DNA of 64,000 bases, taken from contig CM030335.1 of assembly GCA_017654855.1 (NCBI GenBank), forward strand, positions 3,534,001 through 3,598,000, written 5' to 3'. Positions 10,980 through 24,488 of this stretch are shown one piece after another. How positions within the stretch are numbered: the stretch's first letter is position 1; each line of letters opens with the position of its first letter. The position numbers and the translations under genes were made by a program. The notes under the pieces were generated by a model. The model did not search any database. It was not told the origin of the DNA and saw only the letters and a list, made by a program, of their open reading frames with translations. The DNA comes from Podospora anserina (Eukaryota).

Positions 10980-13900
10980 TCTTGATCACCTAGCTATATT
11001 GTCCTCCGATAACCGGTTAGCTGACGGTCAAGTTGGCAACCGAACGCGAATGGAAATGTGGCACTATCAAGCCACACACACTGTACCTCTTGACAGACTC
11101 TATAGGCGTAGCCGCGAGTGATCAAACGTTGGTCAAGTCCAGTTACTTGTTGATGCACAAGCGCCTAGAGAATGTAGTGGCAGATATAGGTCGCAATCTC
11201 ACTGCTCAGGATTTATTAAGGTCCCATAGGAATGTGCTTGCTTCTCTGTATGGTTCCGTCTTTGCGACAAGATCGAACGTCGAACGTCCCGGGATCCATG
11301 GCCTGATATATGGAACGGAACCTGGAGGGCTCAACGCAATGGCCATCGGAACTTCCAGGGTACATAACCCATCAGTAGCCTAAGACTGAGCAAAGCGTAG
11401 GAGCCTTTCTTCCAGATGCAAAGCAGCGACCGCGGGCAGCCTGACCACTTCTGCGATGCAGTATCCTGAACAGGGAAGAAATCCTTCGGCTTTCCTCCTT
11501 GATACTCTTCAATCCGAAGCAGAGCAAGACGCCATTTTGGACCCGGTAGACTGGAAACTTATCAGAGCAGCAGCTCTCGTCCCCGGAACCCCCCTCGTAT
11601 TTCTGGATGCCTGTCCGCCACACGCTTTAGCAGCAAGCTTGGAAAGCGACAGCATGAAGATTGAACCCGGCCGGATTGCCACTGTCGTTTAGCTGGCGGT
11701 AAAGAAAAAAAAAGAACGGAGATGTGATCCGGTGCAGCAGGCTGCCGGGATCGAATCCGTTACGTGAGTCCTCCCCCATCCCCCCTCAACCCCCCTCAAG
11801 CTTTGAGGAGCCCACAAGCTGCCCTGGCCATTTCGAAGCAATCAGAAGAATTAGCCCGCGAGCGGCGGGTTGAGACATTGCAGTAGAAGCTGAGGTCTGA
11901 AGATACGGATGTAGCTCGGTGTGGGTCTTCATCGGGCGACACCAACGTTGGCAGATTAGCATGGCCTCCCCTGCCACGTTGAGGAGAGGTTCCCATCTAT
12001 GATCAAACTTCAGAAATCAGTTAGCCCCTTCTCAGCGTGCGTGTGGGTGTGTAGCAACCAGGACAACCAACGCCAAGCACCAATCCGGGACACTCTGACA
12101 TTGGGCTCTCAGCTGCAGGTGGACGGACTATGAGCAGCAGGACGGACACTCGGGTTCGCGGGACGGGAGGCGGGTAGCAAGCCGCGGGGCTCCATCGACG
12201 GGAATGTTTGCTGCTGTCAGTGGGGGAGAGTGCTGTTGGCGATAGCTCCATATCAGCACTGAGGAAAATCGAAGATATGGGAGAGCCGCGGGATTCGATA
12301 TTGAGGGGTTTTGGAAAATGGGAAAAGCACCTGAGCGGGAGGCTAACCCAAAGTATTTTGACTTCTAGTGAGAGAAGAGAGGAGGATTGAGCTGACACAC
12401 ACTCGGCTTTAGTTCCGCCGCAATCTGATTCGCTGAGAGCCCCATTTGAATAAGGCTCATGGCGATAGCTCTTTCCCAGCACTTGTACTTTCCAAACAAG
12501 CCCCCATAGAAGGTCGTGGGGTGATTCCAGCAGGATCGACAGTCTGCGTCATGGACTGGCCTAGCTTTCTGAGTGAGGTGCTGTTGTTGCAGTCTATACC
12601 TGCTGGGCTTGAGAAACCCAGACGCCTTCTTCTTCCCCCCTCCCATTCCCCGAGATTCACCCATCTCTCACCGCCCCTTGTTCCCGCCAAACAAACAGTG
12701 GGACACGATGAGATGGCCCTCGTCCCGTTATTCATAGGTACTGTTTTGTCCATTAATTAGAGGTCTATCGACCAATACCCAATCATCACGACATGTATCA
12801 GATGATGGCATTCCTTCCTGATCAACGGGCTGGGGGGATGAACCAGGGTCACCCACCTCGTGGGATTCCTCACAAATCATGTTGCTCATTGCAATAGATA
12901 CCTCCTTCCCCCCCCCCCCCCCACCCCACCCCTTCAGACCTCCTGACGACACGCAAACAATGACTTGATCCCATGCATCTAGTCCGCATCCATATGTGAT
13001 AGCCAGCATCGCGTGCAGACGGGACTTCCTTGGTCAGATAGGACTTCCTCGAGATTCACAGGGCTCGAGTGGCGCCAGGATTACCTGCCAAGTGCATCGA
13101 GACTGTCAGGCTCTTTTGTCCCCTTCCGATGAGGCCCGTCCATAACCATCACTTGCATTTGGTCCCGGTCTCGAGCGTCCAGGCCCCCCAGGGCTTCCCC
13201 CTGTCCGCCCTGTGCGTCAAGGGCTGCAACTAAGGCTCGAAAGGGTATCATTGTGATGCGGAGGACATCTTGGCCGGGAATCAGCTCAGCTTCTGGTGTC
13301 TTTCAGGCCAAGATGGCCTGCCCCTCCAAGAGGTGTGATCCCCAGTCCAAGACTCATTCCCTGCCACTAACCCGCCAACATGTTTTATGGCCCTTTTGGT
13401 ATTTCAGAAGCACTCTTGTCCCGATTTCGCAGATGTAAAGCACGGCAGGAAGTGGTGAGTTGAGCAGGGCTTGGTGGCAAGGTCCAAATACGAACCTGTA
13501 CAAGTTGAATCGTATCTGGCGAAGGCTCAGGGGCTAATCACGGTATTCACCTCACAAATCGGGTTGTCGAGCAACATGTCAGGCATAGGGCCGGGAGGGA
13601 GTGTGGATCAGGTTGAGGGAGCCAGGGCCGTCCCGAGGGCAGATCAACTTCAGCGCTACGTGTGCCGGAAAGCGGCTGCTCGGAAAGGCCCGAAACAAGA
13701 TGGGATCCTTCCAGGCCGAGGAAGACATCCACAGGACAATACCATACTTCAAAGCAGAATCTGATTTATCAAAGATCTCAGCATCGGACTTTTGATGCCT
13801 AAACTGACAAGTTTTGGCAGATCCAGAGATGGAGTCAACACCAACAAGTCTTGGAAGTTCCCAGTGACGGACATTGATCATTCCGATTACTCAGTAAGCT

Positions 13901-15388
13901 CTGAGTGGACACTGAGTATCAGGTAGGTTTCACCTTTGGGCGGACACTGACGAGAAGGCTTGCGTTCCCTGTAGGCAGGTGTTGAATTCAGTGTCTGAGG
14001 AGGATCGAAAGATGGTTATCAGACATTGACAGCGACCTTCAAAGCAACTCAGTGATTCCAATTTGAACTCTAAGTATGGACAGAATGGTCGTGGTGTGAT
14101 ACCCGAGACAGGCAGGCCAGAGGTTGACCTCATGACACGGATGCCTCGCCGCTGCGCCGTGGCGCCTGCGGTGAATAATCCCATCACGGCAGAAGGATTC
14201 GCTGGACATAGGAGGCAGAGAACTGCAATGTCGATCATTTTGTATTTTTGCAGTGATTAAAGCATGTTTCCAGAGGACGTGTATAACCGCGATGCCAAAT
14301 CGGTTGTAATCAGCATTTTGTTCCCTCTTTCTCGCCACAGCACTTGAGCTTCGGTTCTTCTAGAAGCAAAAAGAAGGAAATGGTAATTCACCATACACAC
14401 ACAACCCCTACGTTGATGACTGATCACAAAATAGAAGACTACAACACCCAAAAGGGACACTTGCGAGAATCCTCGAGGCTCCCCTGTTTAGAACGACAGG
14501 TCATACTAGAAGAATATGCAATACGCTTACTTTGCGTCATTTGAACAGATCATCTATAAATCCAAGTACATAAGGTAACGATCTGTCATCTATTTGCAGC
14601 GTAGGTTACCTACCTAGGTACTCATACCTTACCTGCTGTTATGGGCCAAGGGTCTGGGTAGCATGGAAGGTTAGGGCACGACGGAGTCTAACCGGTGGCT
14701 TTCCCGAAGGCCGGCCGGGTGTCCGGAAAGGTGCCATTTTCCACATGCATAAAAAAGAGTCCGGTCCCATTCAACGGACCTGTTTTCTTTTCTTCTCCCT
14801 ATCAGTTGATTCAACTATTTCTTACAGCTTGAATTTCCATCAATCGGACCAAACCCCGTATCACCTGCATCTTAATATGACATATTAACGCCTACCTACG
14901 TCAAGATGTTGTCTTTATTCAGGGGTTGTTCCTGATATTGTACTTCCCATGCACTCAAGCAGTAATACGAGCCTTTCAAGCCTTCCTGTTAGACATTTGA
15001 ACGCTTCCAATATCAAACCTATTACTGCAGATGTGAAAATCCAGAATGGGATCCTTTCCCTCTCGTCATATGATAGATGTTTCCCAAAATTCCCCTCCAA
15101 TTCAACTTTCCCAAGAATCAAAACAAGACTTGAAAGATATCCATAATCAAACGTGTCTGCGGACCTTAGATTCCACCTGTAGGCTTGTTACCGAGGTAGA
15201 AGCAGATTGCAAAACTTCAACGTCTATTATTACGATAAATCTTTTATGGCTCCTGACTCCGACTCTGCTTGCATCTATCAAAACATGCTAGAATGGTTTG
15301 ATCAAATCCACTACCCAGTCCCATTCTCCATGACTGATCAACTTCAATTTTGGTATCTCATCTCTTCGTTTTGTCCTTCATCCCATCC

Positions 15389-16841
15389 TTACATAATGAC
15401 CTCGTTGGAAACGTCCTAGAGTTACACAGGTTAGCTCAGTTCATGGAACCCACACATCACTACAACATCAAAAAGAATCTTACCCTCTTCAGATCCTTGA
15501 ATGGCAGGCAGATGCAGTTCTGCACTCTGACCTCATCACCGACACCGCACTCCTTTCCAAGAATGGTGATAGCCTGAACCTTGACACCGTTCTTGATAAT
15601 GCTCGTGTTGTGGCTCGTCACGGGGGTTGGTGTGCCCTCCACACGAGCCCAAGCACCGACGCGGCTGCCCCAACCAATAATTGAGTACAGAATGCACGCG
15701 TCGTGCTTGACCTCGGCGTCTTCCAACACGATAGACTCCTTGATGCGGACGCCAGGTCCAATCGTCACGCGAGGTCCAATAGAGACATTGGGGCCCAGAA
15801 CAGCCGTGGGGTGTACGTTGGCCGTGGGGTGGATGAATACGGGGGCCTTGATGTTGGCTGAAGGAGCGGCAAGCTCGCTGGAGCCGCTTTGTTGGGCCTT
15901 CTGGAGGTACAGGGCGTTGGCTGGGATGGCAGAGCCGGCCGTCTTGATCTGCCTCCAGAAGTCTTTGGTCTCATAGACGAAGAAGAGGTTGGTATCGGCC
16001 ATTTCACCGAGAATATCCTGCTCCAACCGAATGACTTCATTCTTCTGCGTGTCTTCCTCGTCAAACATGTACGAGCTGGCAAGATTCTCGGATGAACGGT
16101 ACGAGCCCAGACGGGGTCTGTCGGCGCGGCGCTGGATGGCGGTGCGGATCGAAGGGAAGAGGACATCGGCGCGGAAGAGGTAGACTCCGCAGTTGATAAG
16201 ATTGGAAATGTAACTTTCGGGCTTCTCGACGTAGTGCAGCACGCGGCGGGTGTGAGAATCGGAGACAATGCAACCAAAGTTCGAGGCGGCATCCTCACTG
16301 ACCCTGGTGCCCAGAATGACGGCCTCGGCGCGGCGCTCGTGTGTGAGCTGAAGCATCTCGTTTAGAGGGAAACTGCAACAGACGTCCGAGTTCAGAACAA
16401 AGATGTTCTCGGGGCGGCCCTTGAGGATGGCATCGCGGAAGTGGTACAAGCCGCCGGCGGTGCCCAGGGCTTGGTATTCGCGGAGGTACTTGATGGAGAG
16501 ATCGGGGAACTCGGACGACGAATCCTTGATGAAGTCGCGGAAGACATGCTCCTCGTAGTAGCCGATCAGGTAGACTTCATGGATCGAAGGGACCTTGCTG
16601 ATGGCGGTCAAGCAGTGCCAGATGATGGGGTGACCGGCAACATCGAAGAGAGGCTTGGGAACATCGAGAGAGAGCGGGCGGAAGCGAGTGCCACGAGAGG
16701 CACCACCAACCTTGAAAACAAGTAAGCAATCTGTCTAGTGTGTCCAGTGCCCCCCTACACTGGGCAACTCACGAGAATCACGGCTTTGGTGGCGCCAGTG
16801 TTGCCGTTGGCCTTTTGGTGGTGGGGGATTTGAAGCGACAT
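15389..16841 (-). CDS. Mannose-1-phosphate guanylyltransferase, GMPPA/alpha-subunit type, 3 exons (introns 16711-16772, about 15416-15483)
   Basis: KAVILVGGASRGTRFRPLS, LGTAGGLYHFRD, YVEKP, C-terminal hexapeptide beta-helix (GPNVSIGP) and last exon DVSNEVIM. Confidence 0.95.
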
Positions 16842-18220
16842 CGCGTCTCTTGTTCAGAACACAAAGATCACCTCTGCAAAAAAACAAGGGGAAAAAGAAG
16901 CGATGAGGGCGTCTAGAAAGCTGTCAGGTCGTTGTCGTTGGACTGGGATGGTTGGGCTGAATGGCTTGGTGCTGCTTAATAGCGGGGTCAGAAGCTTGAT
17001 GCAGCTCCAAATCCCCTGAATCCTGACTTCACTGCCAGGGGTCAGCTGGGCAGTCCTGGGGAAATGTGGCATGTGCGCCAAGGGGCCTCTGGCAGTTGCA
17101 GGTGGAGCCACGTGACAGCCCGCCCTTCACCGTTTCTGAGCTTGGATTTGCGCTCTTCTCCAGTGTGACCTGGTCATGCTCGCATGCGGTAACAGAGTAG
17201 ACTGACAAGAGCAGCAACAGTAGGTTTTAGAGAGCCATCATGAGCGACGTGGGTGTTGTTGGACGTTCATCGTCAAGCTCATTGAAGTCATTGAGAGAAG
17301 CATTGACCAGCTGTTGATGCTCTCCTCTCAAATGAGAGATGGAGAAGCTGTGAAAACTGACAAGGAGAACCATTCTACAAATAAATGAGATGCTTGCCAC
17401 AATTTACCATCTAATTCATCACCAAAGTCAATTTCAGGCTTACGAGAGACGTCAGGGCTTGGTACCATAATAAACTATGCTAGTCCAGGTGATATAGATG
17501 GAGACGTCCCGAGGCAAAGCGGGATGGTCAGACTCCCCGTTCCTGCCAAGGCCCAATTAAGTTTCGCAGCAGAAACGCGTCCTTGCCCCTCGCGTCACGT
17601 CTTGTCGCGTCTCATCTCGCGTAAAGTGGCTAGATCCATTCTTTTTTCGCTCACATTTTCCAACCTGCAATTGCAGTGGTGTTGTGAAGTCGTTGTGTAG
17701 GCAACCACTAGCAAACACCCCTCCAACCCCACCTTTCGCAACTGCCCCTTTTACTGGCCAGGCCATCTCTCCAGCACCTCTCTTTCCTGCTAAGAAATAT
17801 TAGCAACGTCGCGCATTGTTTGCCTGTTTCCTTAACGCGTGTCATCTTGGGTTGGAGCAAACCGCGAGATTCTCATTCCACCGCAAAAAAGCTGTACCCT
17901 CGAGCCCCCCTCGTGAAGTCGAAGTCGATCTTTCATCTCAACTGTTTCGACTATTCCGACTTTTCGGCTCTTCATTGGCAATCTCACGTCTTTTCGAAGG
18001 AGTTTTCTGTTTGGCACTGCTCTCTCTCGTCTCGTCTTCCACTTTCCTGAGCTCAGCCTTCCGTTTGGCCTCCTACTTCTACGACTTCTCCTCTCCACCT
18101 CCTCCAACAGCAGCCGCATGAGAAAAATACTGTCCTGTACATTTCAAGCAGCATTGGTAAGCTCGCCCATCATTTCGCCTCGTCCATGTGTGACTTGAGT
18201 CTGACAGCGACACAGTAGTG

Positions 18221-21102
18221 ATGCCTCCCAGAGTGAAGCCCGAGCCCGGTGTGGCCGTGGCGAACACCACTGCCACTCGCAGTTTTGCTGCTACCAACTC
18301 GGCACAGTTTGGCTCACCTACGCGGCAAGCGCGGTCTACGGCTCGTAAGTTTTCCGCTCATTTTATGTTCCTCCGTACAGTGTGCTTACTCCTCCTGTAG
18401 CTAGTGTGACTGATACCCGTTTCATGGCGGAGGCGGAGGACCAGTACGAAGATGAGGATAACGAAATCATCTGGATGGAAACCCGTGCCAAGTCGATCAC
18501 AAGCGCCGGCATGAAGCAAGAGCCTGGCCACGAGCCGATGGCCCTGATGTCTCTGGCATCTCAAAGCATGGGCGGGTCATTTGTCGGGATGGGGCCCAAT
18601 CTTGCCCTCAAGGACTTCGGGCAAGGGTTCCTCAAGGACATCAACGATGCCCTGGGTGAGCTGCAGTCTCGTGGCATTCAGCACGTTGCCAGTCTGCCGG
18701 AGTTGGTGCTCGTCGGTGACCAGTCGTCGGGCAAATCGAGTTTGATGTCCGGCATCGCTGGGCTCAGTCTGCCTCGCAGCAGCGGCACCTGCACAAGGTG
18801 CCCGATCCATATCAGAATCTCGCGAGCTGATGAGTGGTCTTGTCGGGTTTTTCTGAACTTGGAGTATGGGTTCAAGCTGCCCGATCATGCCATTACTGAG
18901 CAGGATGTCACAGCAACAAACCCGTTCCCTCCCTGGGTCAAACTCGACCCCAGTCGCACACGACGCCACGAGTTCAAGACAGTCCGGGACAGATTTGACA
19001 GCGAAGAGATTGAAACCGTACTGCGCTGCGCCCAGGTCGCAATCTTGAACCCATCCACGCCCTACCAGGCCTTCATCCCCAAGCCTCGGGGTGGAGAAGG
19101 GCCTGACTCCCAACAGCTGACTCAGCACGAGCTGATTTCGCGCAAGGAGGAAGCCTCCGAGGCCCAGTTTTCGCCAAATACCGTCGCGCTCGAGATCAAA
19201 GGGCCTGATCTAGCCGACCTCAACTTCTATGATCTTCCGGGTGTGTTCAACACTGCTCGGCGGACCGAGGATGCTTACTTGGAGCGTGTCGTCCAGAATC
19301 TGACCAAGCTTTACATTAAGCGGGAGAAAGCCATCATTCTCTGGGCTGTGCCCATGAATCTTGACACGGAAAACTCGCTGGCGCTGCGCCTGATCCGGGA
19401 GAGTCGTGCTGAACACCGTTGCGTTGGGGTGATCACCAAGGCAGACCTGCTGCCGCGAGATGACCAAGCTACTGAGCGCTGGCTGGGAATTCTCAAGGGC
19501 CGTGGACATCGCATCGGCTTGGGTTATTTCATCACCTCTCGACAAGGTCAAGATTTGGAAGAACAGACGAAGCGGGAAGAGGCCTTCTTCAATCGAACAG
19601 CAGAAGGACACTGGCCCGATGTTTTTGATCGCTACCAGGAGAGGTGCGGTATAGAAAAGCTGAAGGCTTTCTTGTCTTTGAAGCTCGGCGAAGAGTTTTC
19701 CAAAGTTCTTCCAGAAGTGAAGCGCAAAGTTCTTGAGCGACTCAACTTCATCGCTGAGCAGCTCCAACTGTACCCGGGGCCACCAGCGAACCCGGATCTG
19801 GAAATTTACAAGGCACTGACCATGTTCAGCAGCCTGTTGAAGAAGCGAGTGATTGACCAGGAATTTATGAGCACCTGGGACACAGCCTGTTCCGCCCGGT
19901 TTACAAGAGCCATTCTTGAGCTGAAGCCCAAGTATAACGTACGGTTGTTCGCCAAGTCATCCGCCGCGAGTGCTCCGGTATTAATAGATCTCGACACGCC
20001 CACGAGGGAGGGCAGCCCCACGCCCACACCCAGTGGCAGAAAGCGTGCTGCCCCAGCCGAGACCCCCAGTCGCCGACAGCGCATCAAGGCTGAAGATGCC
20101 GAGGGACGGTCTTACCCCTCCACCCCTACGAACATGCGCACAACCATGACCCCGACCAAAGGCAGGCCGAGCAAGACACTCATGGAAATTCGGCGCATGA
20201 TCCAGCGCAATGCCATACCCGGCCAGCCGGGCCTCGTTTCTTCCAATGTCTATGAACCGCTTTTTACAGAAGCGGCAAAGGCCTGGAAGGGTCCGCTCCA
20301 GACGTTCCTCAACCAGACCTTCAACTTCTTGAGCAAGGAAATCCAGGAGATCCTTGACTCGACTTTTGCGGCGTTGAAGAACCGGGCAATTTACAAGTTG
20401 TCGACCGAGCACATGCAGGCTTTTGTCGAGATGCACAAGAAGGAGTTGCAGGCCCAGCTCGCGCTGATTCACGAACTCGAGGGCACGCGTCTGTTCACCA
20501 GAAATGACGATGCCTTGCACCGGTACAAGGCTGAAGAGTTAAGGACCTTGACTAGGCACCGGAACCACTACCGCATTGCCGCGCACAAGGGTGATGAGCC
20601 AGCTAGCTCACTCCCTAAGATCGAGGAGCTCAGCGAGGAAGAACTCGCCCAGGAGACAGCCAAGATGGAGAAGGACCTCCGCCAGATGGGCCCCGAGCCC
20701 TTTCAGCAGGAGCTGGATGTGGCCGCCTACACCAGAGGCTATTACGTCCTTGCCGCTCATCGGTTCACAGACATTGTGTGCATGCATGCCATGTCTGGGC
20801 TGTTTCCCCGTGTGGCCTCGGTCATTGAGACATACCTTCAGGATAAGCTTGGCCTTACTGGCAACCGCACCACTCCTGAGATGCTGGATCAGCTCATGGA
20901 GGAAGAGGGTCGCATTGGCCAGATTCGCCGAGATCTCTGCGCGGAGAAGGAGACTCTCGACGGTGCCATGGCCATCATTGTCAACCTCGAGAACCGCGAC
21001 AAGACTCCCTCGCAAGCCGAGAGCAACGTTACGATTCCCAATGACCTTACGTCTGGCCGGGCCGCGGGCTCGCCATCGGGGACAGTGTATGGAGATGCGT
21101 AA
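18221..21102 (+). CDS. Dynamin-superfamily GTPase (Mx/Vps1-like), intron 18345-18400
   Basis: G1 VGDQSSGKSS, G2 GTCTRCP, G3 DLPG, G4 TKAD, helical middle region and GED-like C-terminus. Confidence 0.93.
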
Positions 21103-21434
21103 AGACACAATCACGTGGATTGAAGATCTGGATATATTTTATTGTCTGTGGGCGTTTTACCTATTTGTCTGTTCTGTTTTTTTCTTTCGGACCGAAGAAT
21201 CACGATACCCATTTTAGTTAGAGTCATGTAGGGTCACGAATTGTCCAGAATACTGTCACGCACCTACTATACCTCTCCCCCTTCGCTCAATGTGTCTAAC
21301 AACTATTTCACTCTTTGTATCGACTAATCAACAGAGACTACAAGGTACAACCAGGGCCTTGAAAGATGACGCACACACCTTCGACTACTAGCTTTGGGAG
21401 CGTAGGTATTGACTGTCCAGGAAAGCTCATCCTC

Positions 21435-21996
21435 TTAGAACCCCCAATAATCCTTCACCAAGAAGCCCGCATACCCGGCCAGGAATCCCATCACGCCCAG
21501 CGTTCCAAAGTAGCCCACCGGCCGACCAACACCCGTGCTCTCGGGTCTTCTCAAGCCCATCTCAACATGCAGCACCCGCGCGACAAACAGGGCCCCCAGA
21601 GCACTGGTCAGCACATTCTTCTTGGCGCCGTTGAGCTCGGCCACTCCGGCGAGCAGCAAGGCGAGGGGCACGTATTCAGCAAAGTTGCCCTGGGCGCGGG
21701 AGGCGACCTGGAGCTCGTGCTGCTTCGCGGCCGCGTTGGGCTCGGTCGAGGGGGGCGCGGAGCCGAGAAGGCAGTTGGAGGCGATGCGGGACATGGAGAC
21801 GCGGGTGGAGAGGAGGGAGAAGTAGGCTGTGAAGGGGAGGAGGAAGGAGCCGGTTACCGCTGGAGGGAGGGGAATAACAGCAGGTTAGCCGTGGAACAAG
21901 AGGTGGTTTTCTTGGTGGAAGGGGGCAGAAGAGCTTACGCAAAAGGGGGCCGACAACATCGATGTGGTTTAGACCCACGCGGGAGGTGTAAGACAT
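21435..21996 (-). CDS. MAPEG family membrane protein, intron 21860-21938
   Basis: RAQGNFAEYVP and ARVLH motifs with four hydrophobic segments. Splice restores PLLPVTGSFLLPF. Confidence 0.9.
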
Positions 21997-24488
21997 TATG
22001 ACGATTTATTTCTCAAGAATAATTAGGGAAAAGGGGGTCTGGCTCTTTGCAAAGGGGGGAGTTTTGGTATCACGCAGCTTGTCCACAGCTGCTTCAAATT
22101 CTTTGGCTGGTCGAGATGGGGAAGAGAAGACAAGAAGAGTAAGAAAGGGGGGGGGTGAGGTGAGGTTAAAAGATGGGGGGAACGGTTTTGCCCCTTCCTC
22201 TTGCTGCACCGGACATGGCCCGGCAGATCACCATGACCAGAGGTTACATCATAGAGGACCCTAGTTTTGGTGTGCCCGGTAAGGTGCTTTGGTTTCGAAA
22301 CGGTCAGGCTTTTGCGCTAGGTGATTATTTGGGGCAGAAGCACGGGAGGATGCTATGAGAGTTTAAAAGTTGCTGGGCCGATGGTATAATCCGAGTTGAA
22401 TGTTTATCAACATCGCTTGGTTGTGCTAGAAGGCACCTCTAAATCTTACGTTGGCAAGAGGCAAAGAGGCAAAGATATCGTCCCCAAATAGGACTCCAAG
22501 AAACCCAATGAGGAGTATTCTTGTAAAACCTTCTGGACACTGTGCATACTTATGGGTAGTGCAGTGCACCTTTGTCAGTGTAATAAGGATTCGAATGATG
22601 AATGCAATAACAACAGGCATCATATGTTACCTATCCTTCGACTGAGATATAGATATATAAAAGGTACCATAAGGAATGCTAGTTTGAAGAGCTCAGAATA
22701 TGATTACCTTACATAGACAGATACTACCTCCAGCAAGTATCAACAACCTTCGCACCTTTTACCATGGCGAGTGAGGTGAATGTAGAATTCTGAGAAACTG
22801 ATTTGTTTGAAACTACCTATTATCTAATTATCCAAATATCCAACAGGCTTGGATATCTTGAAAATTTGGGACATCTGTGTTCATATTCACTCGATATCCC
22901 TTATTGATCTACCGGCCCGTAGTTGGCCGTAACCTGCAACTACTAACAACACCATGGGCTGCAGTAGGTGTTTTGTGGCTAGGAGATCGGGTCAACGTGC
23001 GGCGCTGTCGTGAACAAAGATCTGCACCTGCAAGGCGAGACCTCCAATCAAATATTAAAGTGCTTGCCTTCCAGCCTTCAGATGAGTTCAGGTGAGAAAT
23101 CCCCAGTTTGTAGATGTGGTTTGACCTTGTTGCCCAGCATCAGTGTCGTCATCGTACCTACTGGATGGAGCTGCCTTGTGACGGCACCACAGGTTATGTA
23201 TGTTCTGGAACTGTGGTGATCAAGCACTGGCAGAAGAGATGGTGATCGATGGCTAGGGAACAATGCGACAACTGGAGCTGGGGCTGCACTAGTAATTATA
23301 TCTGATAAATATTTGCCCCTTTTTACAGATCGGTTGGGGTGGCTTTGAGTTTGAGGTGCTGGCACCTGAGGAGTGAGCTGAGTTGTCAAACGGCCTCCCA
23401 GAAAATTCGGAATTCCAAGACACCAAGAAAACCAAGGAACAAAAGTGAGACTGCGATTCTAGCCCGATCGGGTCTCCCGGCGTCCCCTTTGCCCCGCACG
23501 GCCGTGGCTGGATCTGAGTGCCCAAGCCACATCTCGAATTCTTCGCAGCGGCAGATACCACCAAAACAAGAGTAGAAACGAGAAGTTCCGGTTAGAATGA
23601 GTCTTTCATAATTGCCTAGTCGTTTGATTCGAGAAACCACGGTAGAAATAGACAGAAGTGCGGTGCCTCGGCCTTATGTTGGTCAGCAGTTTCCCTTGCC
23701 AAGATGTGGCTGGTGTCCCCCAAGGGGGTATCGCACTAGGCGGAACTGGGCGTGGAGAGACAAGACAGTGGCACAGGGACAGGCCACAGGCCACAGCACA
23801 GGCACGCACTGCCGCAAAGCGAATGGGATGGGTCTTGCCTCTCCGCTGACTCCCGTCCCTGATCACGACGACCACGACTTTGCCTCACTATTCCACCGAG
23901 CGAGGGCAAGAACAAACCCCGACCGATATACAGTCCCTCCCTTTTTTCCGCTCTGTGCAGCAGGACGCCCCCCCCCTTTGTTTGCGGGAGACAGAGAGCA
24001 TCGACGCCGATTTTTGCCTCTTGCTTGGGATCACGCCTTTGAGCAGCACCCAGCAGCCTTGACCGCACCTCCATCCAATAGGTATAGCCCGCAGCGTCGC
24101 CGACCGCCATCCGATTTTCTCAATCTCCCGCCGACCGCCCCAACATCCCCGCCCCGCGACTCCAGCAAACAAACCTGGAACGGCAGCAACCCGAGTCTCG
24201 AGAGCCACATCATGATAGTCTACTTGTAGTGCTGTCACAAATTAGGTTTCTGGTGGGGTGGGACGCGTTGGAAACACCAACGGTCGTGGCTGGTACGCGT
24301 TGGAAACCGCCAGATTTCATCCCATTCACTCTCTCCAAATTTTCCTCTCACTTTACGAAGCCTGCCCCAAAGCTGCTCGGACTTGAAATACCCGCACGCT
24401 CTTCCTTGAGCATATTGCATATCGCATACCTTATCTTGTCTCTCCCTCTCCTTCCCATCGCCCACGCCGTCCCGCACACACAGCGACC

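Noticed and set aside
11456..11692. ORF with VDW.LI....LVFLDAC, reminiscent of a caspase/CHAT catalytic Cys strand
   Set aside because: No upstream His-Gly motif in frame and only 78 aa. The resemblance is too weak without an HMM search.
22373..22440. tRNA-like 5' start (gggccgatggtataat)
   Set aside because: No T-loop GTTCRA and no complementary acceptor stem.
23612..24229. 205-aa ORF upstream of cdc4
   Set aside because: TTG start, low-complexity Arg/Pro content, and position in the expected promoter/leader.
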